From Toensbergia leucococca (taxonomy: Eukaryota): a stretch of 53,861 nt of DNA. Within the stretch, counting starts at the first letter, position 1. Every line of letters starts with the position of its first letter. A program made the translations under genes and the position numbers. The notes below the pieces were generated by a model that saw nothing but the letters and a program-made list of their open reading frames with translations, ran no database searches and had not been told where the DNA came from. Below, piece after piece: positions 49,471-53,861 of this stretch. The stretch lies in assembly GCA_022813965.1 (NCBI GenBank), contig JALDZS010000160.1, positions 1 through 53,861 on the forward strand, read 5' to 3'.

Positions 49471-49694
49471 CGGCAGGGCCTTTCAAAGGGCGGACCTCAG
49501 TATGAGAAGTTTCGAACTCCTCGTCGTGAGTCAGTATGCGACCACGCTTTGATTATGGGCCCTGTGAAGGGCGGACCTCAGTAGGAGGAGTCGGCATGCG
49601 TCAGCTGTACCACGGCAGGGCCCTTCAAAGGGCGGACCTCAGTACGAGGAGTTTCGAACTCTTAGTCGCGAGTCAGTATGCGTCAGCAGTACCA
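49471..49694 (+). repeat. Degenerate three-copy direct repeat
   Basis: Core AAGGGCGGACCTCAGTA occurs three times (copies ~49471-49540, ~49557-49612, ~49613-49694). Copies 1 and 3 align over about 70 bp. Confidence 0.88.
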
Positions 49695-49800
49695 TGCACG
49701 CAGTATGGCGCAGGTATTCTGTTTTGTACCTTTTCTTCGCGTATTTCGAACCGCTGCTGTTGGCTTTGGGCCAGGACAATCTGTGAAAGCGATCTTACTC

Positions 49801-51396
49801 CTAGGCATCGATGAGCATCCCGAGCATTCCCTCGGTCTGCCAAGCCTGTTGTGCTCTCTCAACCTCCCTGCGTACGCCTTGATGCAATCGATTCATGAGC
49901 TCATCGATCTTCGCAGATTGGCCCATGTTTGATGAATAAAGATCCAGAATTAGCAACCCAACGTCGACACATATGGTGACATAACGTGGGTTCGTAATCT
50001 GTTTGTTCACCCATTTGAATATTGGCTGGAGGGAGACATCATCTCTTCCGGAGAGTGCAGTTCGCATCGCTGATCGGTGACGTAAAGCGGTCAATAAGGT
50101 TGTTATGGTTATTGTATCCTCTTTTTCCAAAACACTATCCAGCGCAGCAGCATATTTCCCACGTCGTAGTTGAACCTCCCAAGGTTTTTCTTTCGCCCGA
50201 CGTTTCCTTGGATCTCCCTCAATAACGATATCTGCACTTTCACCCATGAAATCTCGACCTCTTAGCCGCTTCTCCCAGCCTTTGGGTCTCAATTTGGCTC
50301 GTTTCTTGTCAAGGTCTTCAATCTTCCCATCAATAAGCGCTTGCATCTCCTTCTGACGCTCTCTTTCTTTGACCTTTTGCTGCCCAGATAGCCGTGTCTT
50401 GACCGACAGTATACCAGACTGCATTCCTACAACTAGATGCCGATCTTCCCGGGATACTCCAGAGCTGATCACCGCAAGAGAGAGGATCGGCGAGGGATAT
50501 TTCGAAGCAGCTACAACGTTCCATCCAGTAGTTTCGAGTATTTTCAGATGCCCATCCAATCCACCAGTCACCAGCCTTGAGTCATTTGAAGCGAGGCATA
50601 ACGAGGTCACGGTCTTTTGGTGATTCTGTAGCAACCGTAATGGCCGGGCAGCAACTAAATCTAAGACAGCGATTTGGTTGTCTGCGGCGGCCAAAACAGA
50701 GGTTCCAGAGGGCATAGGCAAGACACTTTCGATAGGAGCTGCATGTTTGAAGGTCATGACAGCTTTTGCCGGAGCTCTAGGATCCCATAGTTTCACCGTC
50801 TGATCGTAGCTCCCTGTCACCAGCAAGCTCGAAGCCTGTCCCAGCATAAAGGCACCAGTCCTGACATAGTCCTGGTGACCAACGAATGTTGTAACGCTCT
50901 CCTGACTCGGCAGATCCCATAACCTGACAGTGCGATCATCGCTTGCACTCATGAGCATGGTAAGCTCATTTGGCGAGAATTTTGTAGTCCATACTGGCTG
51001 CTTGTGTTCCTTCCAAGTCTTCAAGATGGCCCGCGAATTGACATCGAAGACCTGGATAGTCCCACTTTCATCCCCAGCAACCATAACACGGCCATCACGT
51101 CTGATTTCAGAGCCGTGGGCGACATCATCGAAGCGAGAGATTGTCTTGATAAGTCTGCGGGTTCGGATGGAGAAAATTTGGACGCGCGTACCAGTAGTAA
51201 CTACAAACTGGTCGACAGGTTGAGAAAGCTTAGAAGAATTTGCAGGCGGAGTCGATATGTGGGTGATGGGATTGTTAGACGGTGAAGGTATGAGCTGTTG
51301 AGATTTAAATGTTCGCCAGTAGACTTGTTCTGGTGTGAGCGGCGAAGGACCTGGAGGAAGCTTGAGAGGCTGCAAAGATGTCACAGGCGCTGACAT
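49801..51396 (-). CDS. UTP15: U3 snoRNA-associated protein Utp15 (WD40 + UTP15_C)
   Basis: Multiple WD repeats (ASDDRTVRLWD, GSYDQTVKLWD), YWRTFK N-terminal motif and C-terminal LTALRHRSAMRTALSGRD; intronless. Confidence 0.93.
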   Translation of the reverse strand: MSAPVTSLQPLKLPPGPSPLTPEQVYWRTFKSQQLIPSPSNNPITHISTPPANSSKLSQPVDQFVVTTGTRVQIFSIRTRRLIKTISRFDDVAHGSEIRRDGRVMVAGDESGTIQVFDVNSRAILKTWKEHKQPVWTTKFSPNELTMLMSASDDRTVRLWDLPSQESVTTFVGHQDYVRTGAFMLGQASSLLVTGSYDQTVKLWDPRAPAKAVMTFKHAAPIESVLPMPSGTSVLAAADNQIAVLDLVAARPLRLLQNHQKTVTSLCLASNDSRLVTGGLDGHLKILETTGWNVVAASKYPSPILSLAVISSGVSREDRHLVVGMQSGILSVKTRLSGQQKVKERERQKEMQALIDGKIEDLDKKRAKLRPKGWEKRLRGRDFMGESADIVIEGDPRKRRAKEKPWEVQLRRGKYAAALDSVLEKEDTITITTLLTALRHRSAMRTALSGRDDVSLQPIFKWVNKQITNPRYVTICVDVGLLILDLYSSNMGQSAKIDELMNRLHQGVRREVERAQQAWQTEGMLGMLIDA

Positions 51397-52083
51397 GATG
51401 TTGTTCTACAATCCAATCGACTTCAAGGCTTATCCATTGACGATGTTAAAAAAAGATCTGGATTGTGTTTTAAATTGTCTGCGCGTGTTCCAAAATTCAT
51501 TCCTCGATTAGCTCCTCGCTAGGGTATTCTAACCGCTCTCGGCTGCACCCTTTTCTGATTGTTGTTTCAGACTTACCTTATTGAAAAGACTCTAGACATA
51601 CATAATAATGGTTCATTTATTTTCTTAATCAAATAAGAGCGGCCTCATGTCTGCAAGGGAAAGTACCAGGAGCAGATCAGTCATGTCGATCAGCCTCGAG
51701 TGCCTCGTCAGCTGCGGGAGTGCCGATGTCTCTCTCGTGTTGGGCCTAGCTAAGATGCGTCGATCGATTGAACCAATCCTCTCCACCCGTGTTGCCAAGA
51801 GATAACAGCCAAGAGATGATGCCCCGTGCCAAGAGGTCGCTTCCATCAAGAGATTGATATGTTTGTGCTACCCAGCTGTAACACTTTCTCGATTCCGCTT
51901 CCGCTTCCGCTTTCGCTTCCGCTTTGTCAATCTTCATGTCCGTGAAACTCATGACACTCATGATTGTAGCAATTCCTTGAAATATACCTAGATATCATCA
52001 CGTGGAGACAACTCTCAGCACCAATTCTTTACCACTGAACAGTCCCCCCACCCTCCACATTGCGGTCCCCCAACTCCTTCAAT

Positions 52084-52695
52084 ATGGATTCCACGCCTTC
52101 CGAGCCCGCCTCCCCCTCCATCCTCCGCTGGACCCTCGGCTTCCTCCTCGTCGGCATGGCCTGGGGTCTCACAACTCCCTTCATCCGTCGTGCAGCTATA
52201 AATTTCGATCCATCCCCGCGTCCTTCCCTCAACAATCCTGAAAGCAGTTGGCTGAAGAAAAAAATCTTAAAGGCAATCTTCACCGTCGTGGATTTATTGA
52301 GACGCCCTGCTTATGCCGTGCCGCTGTTGATTAATCTTACGGGGAGTATATGGTTTTTCTTGCTGATTGGGAAGGCGGGTAAGTGAATCTCTTTTCTGAG
52401 TAGTGAAGGTGAGTAGATAGTAGAGTCGGAGATGCTGACGGAATGATCTCTGCGTGTAGAATTGAGTCTTACGGTACCTATTACCAATTCTCTGGCTTTT
52501 TTGTTTACCGTGTTGGGGGAATGGTGGGCGGAGGGAAAGGTCATTTCAAGAGGTAAGTCATGTTTTGGGTCTTCTGTTTCTGGAGAATATAGTTGGGCTG
52601 TGAGAGATGCGCTGAATTACCGCGCAGACACTTGGATAGGAATGGCGTTTGTACTGGGTGGGATTGCGCTGTGTGTACAGTCAAAGAACGTATGA
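52084..52695 (+). CDS. TMEM234 family small membrane protein (DMT superfamily)
   Basis: LLVGMAWGLTTPFIRRA, YAVPLLINLTGSIWFF, A|ELSLTVPITNSLAFLFT and R|DTWIGMAFVLGGIALC. Introns 52379-52459 and 52553-52627. Confidence 0.88.
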
Positions 52696-53861
52696 TATTA
52701 ACCAAGACATGCTTATTTTACCAAATCATCATCTGCGTGTTCGTCAAGAGCTGCTTATTCTACCATTACGAGGCATGTCATCAACAAAACGCTATCAATG
52801 AAATGTTAGAGGTAGTCCAGAATACTTCTTTTTCAAAACAGTCTGTCGCACAACAATCACAAATTTTGGGAGAACGTCAAGCCGATTTCTTCAATGTAGA
52901 AGAAGTCATGGTTTGCCGAATCTGTACCAACACTGCTGACCTGCGCTTCGGAGGAGGTCTCTCAAAAGCCCTGGTCAACAAAAGCACTGGGGGAACCGCA
53001 GTTGCGCTACGAAAATTCCATGGAGCACTATGTTTTATCTTAGAGTAAATTTGTCCCGTTTCAAAGAAAATATGATTTATCTCAAGAAAACATTTCTAGC
53101 TTAATGAGTCGTATTCTAGTGCCCCTTCTCTGCTGTAGGATTTGAGCTGAGCTTTGAAGACGTTTTGTGATGAATGAGGACGTGAACCTTTGGCAGAACA
53201 ATGTAGAGAGGTGAAATAGCCAATGAAATGAAAAAGCTGAATGGGGGCGAAAGGGATGCAGGCATGGATGAGGATGTCCGAATGATGAATTATTTCAGAC
53301 CTTTAGCTTGCACAAGATATTGCAAAGGTGAATTTATCAAGTCGTAGTTGAAGCAAATGATGATCTTCGATATGGCTGCGGTAACGGGAGGTGTCAATAT
53401 ATCGAAAAGGTATTGGTAGTCTTTATATATTCCCCAGATACGGGACGCATATTCCAAATCCCTCAAGTCTCACACCTATCCTTTCAATGTCCTTTTCCAG
53501 GCACAGGCTCACAGCAATCATAACCTTATCTTTCGGGATTCTCGGCTTCGATTGCAGCGCCACTTTGATACCCCTGATCTCCGAAGTCTGCATTGGACCT
53601 CCCACACTGATTCACGCACCGGGAGGAGAGGACATTGGCTGTTTCTACCAATGTTCTATCGATGGTTCGCTCTAGATTCTATTGAGGGAGCGGGATGGAA
53701 GATGTATCGAGGTGTTGGTTGTCCTGGTTGTCTCGCTTGGACGGGTAGGCATACCTAAAACAGCCCACGTGTGCTATGCAGGAGCAAGGGTTAGACCGCG
53801 ACCAGGGCGTTGCTGCGGCGAGCGGTGAGACGAAGAGACCGAGGCTGGAATCCTGGAATCT

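Noticed and set aside
49471..49694. CRISPR-like repeat-spacer appearance
   Set aside because: The context is eukaryotic, there are only three degenerate copies, the intervening sequences are themselves homologous and irregular in length, and there are no cas genes.
51625..51961. Small minus-strand ORFs with a (TCCGCT)n repeat (KAEAKAEAEAE)
   Set aside because: Short, no recognisable domain, and located in the UTP15/TMEM234 divergent promoter.
52700..53861. Short ORFs at the window end
   Set aside because: No recognisable motifs or consistent exon structure; any gene may lie beyond the window.

Overview
Gene-dense nuclear DNA from a filamentous ascomycete (Pezizomycotina, inferred from short GT-AG introns with CTRAY branch sites and the protein families; a lichen-forming lineage is possible but not provable here). 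About 20 intron-containing or single-exon genes were reconstructed: phospholipase D, SLY1, a Ppn1/PNUTS-like PP1 regulator, a YOR238W-like protein, COQ7, RTF1, MRC1, a low-complexity hypothetical, a GNAT, a class I chitin synthase, LTP1, a molybdate transporter, MRPL22, a frameshifted HET gene, a secreted GDSL-like protein lacking catalytic residues, an 'ORP1-like' hypothetical, INN1/fic1, a frameshifted SDR, UTP15 and a TMEM234-family protein. No rRNA, tRNA, CRISPR array or intact transposon was found. The most notable signals are: (1) repeated, sharp C/A-rich to G/T-rich strand-skew inversions of 0.5-1.2 kb that cut through coding sequence; (2) a 501-nt intron in the Ppn1-like termination factor with a candidate 20-nt poison exon; (3) a 21-bp hairpin upstream of INN1; (4) a probable pseudo-esterase. 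All gene names come from motif recognition by eye, not from database searches.
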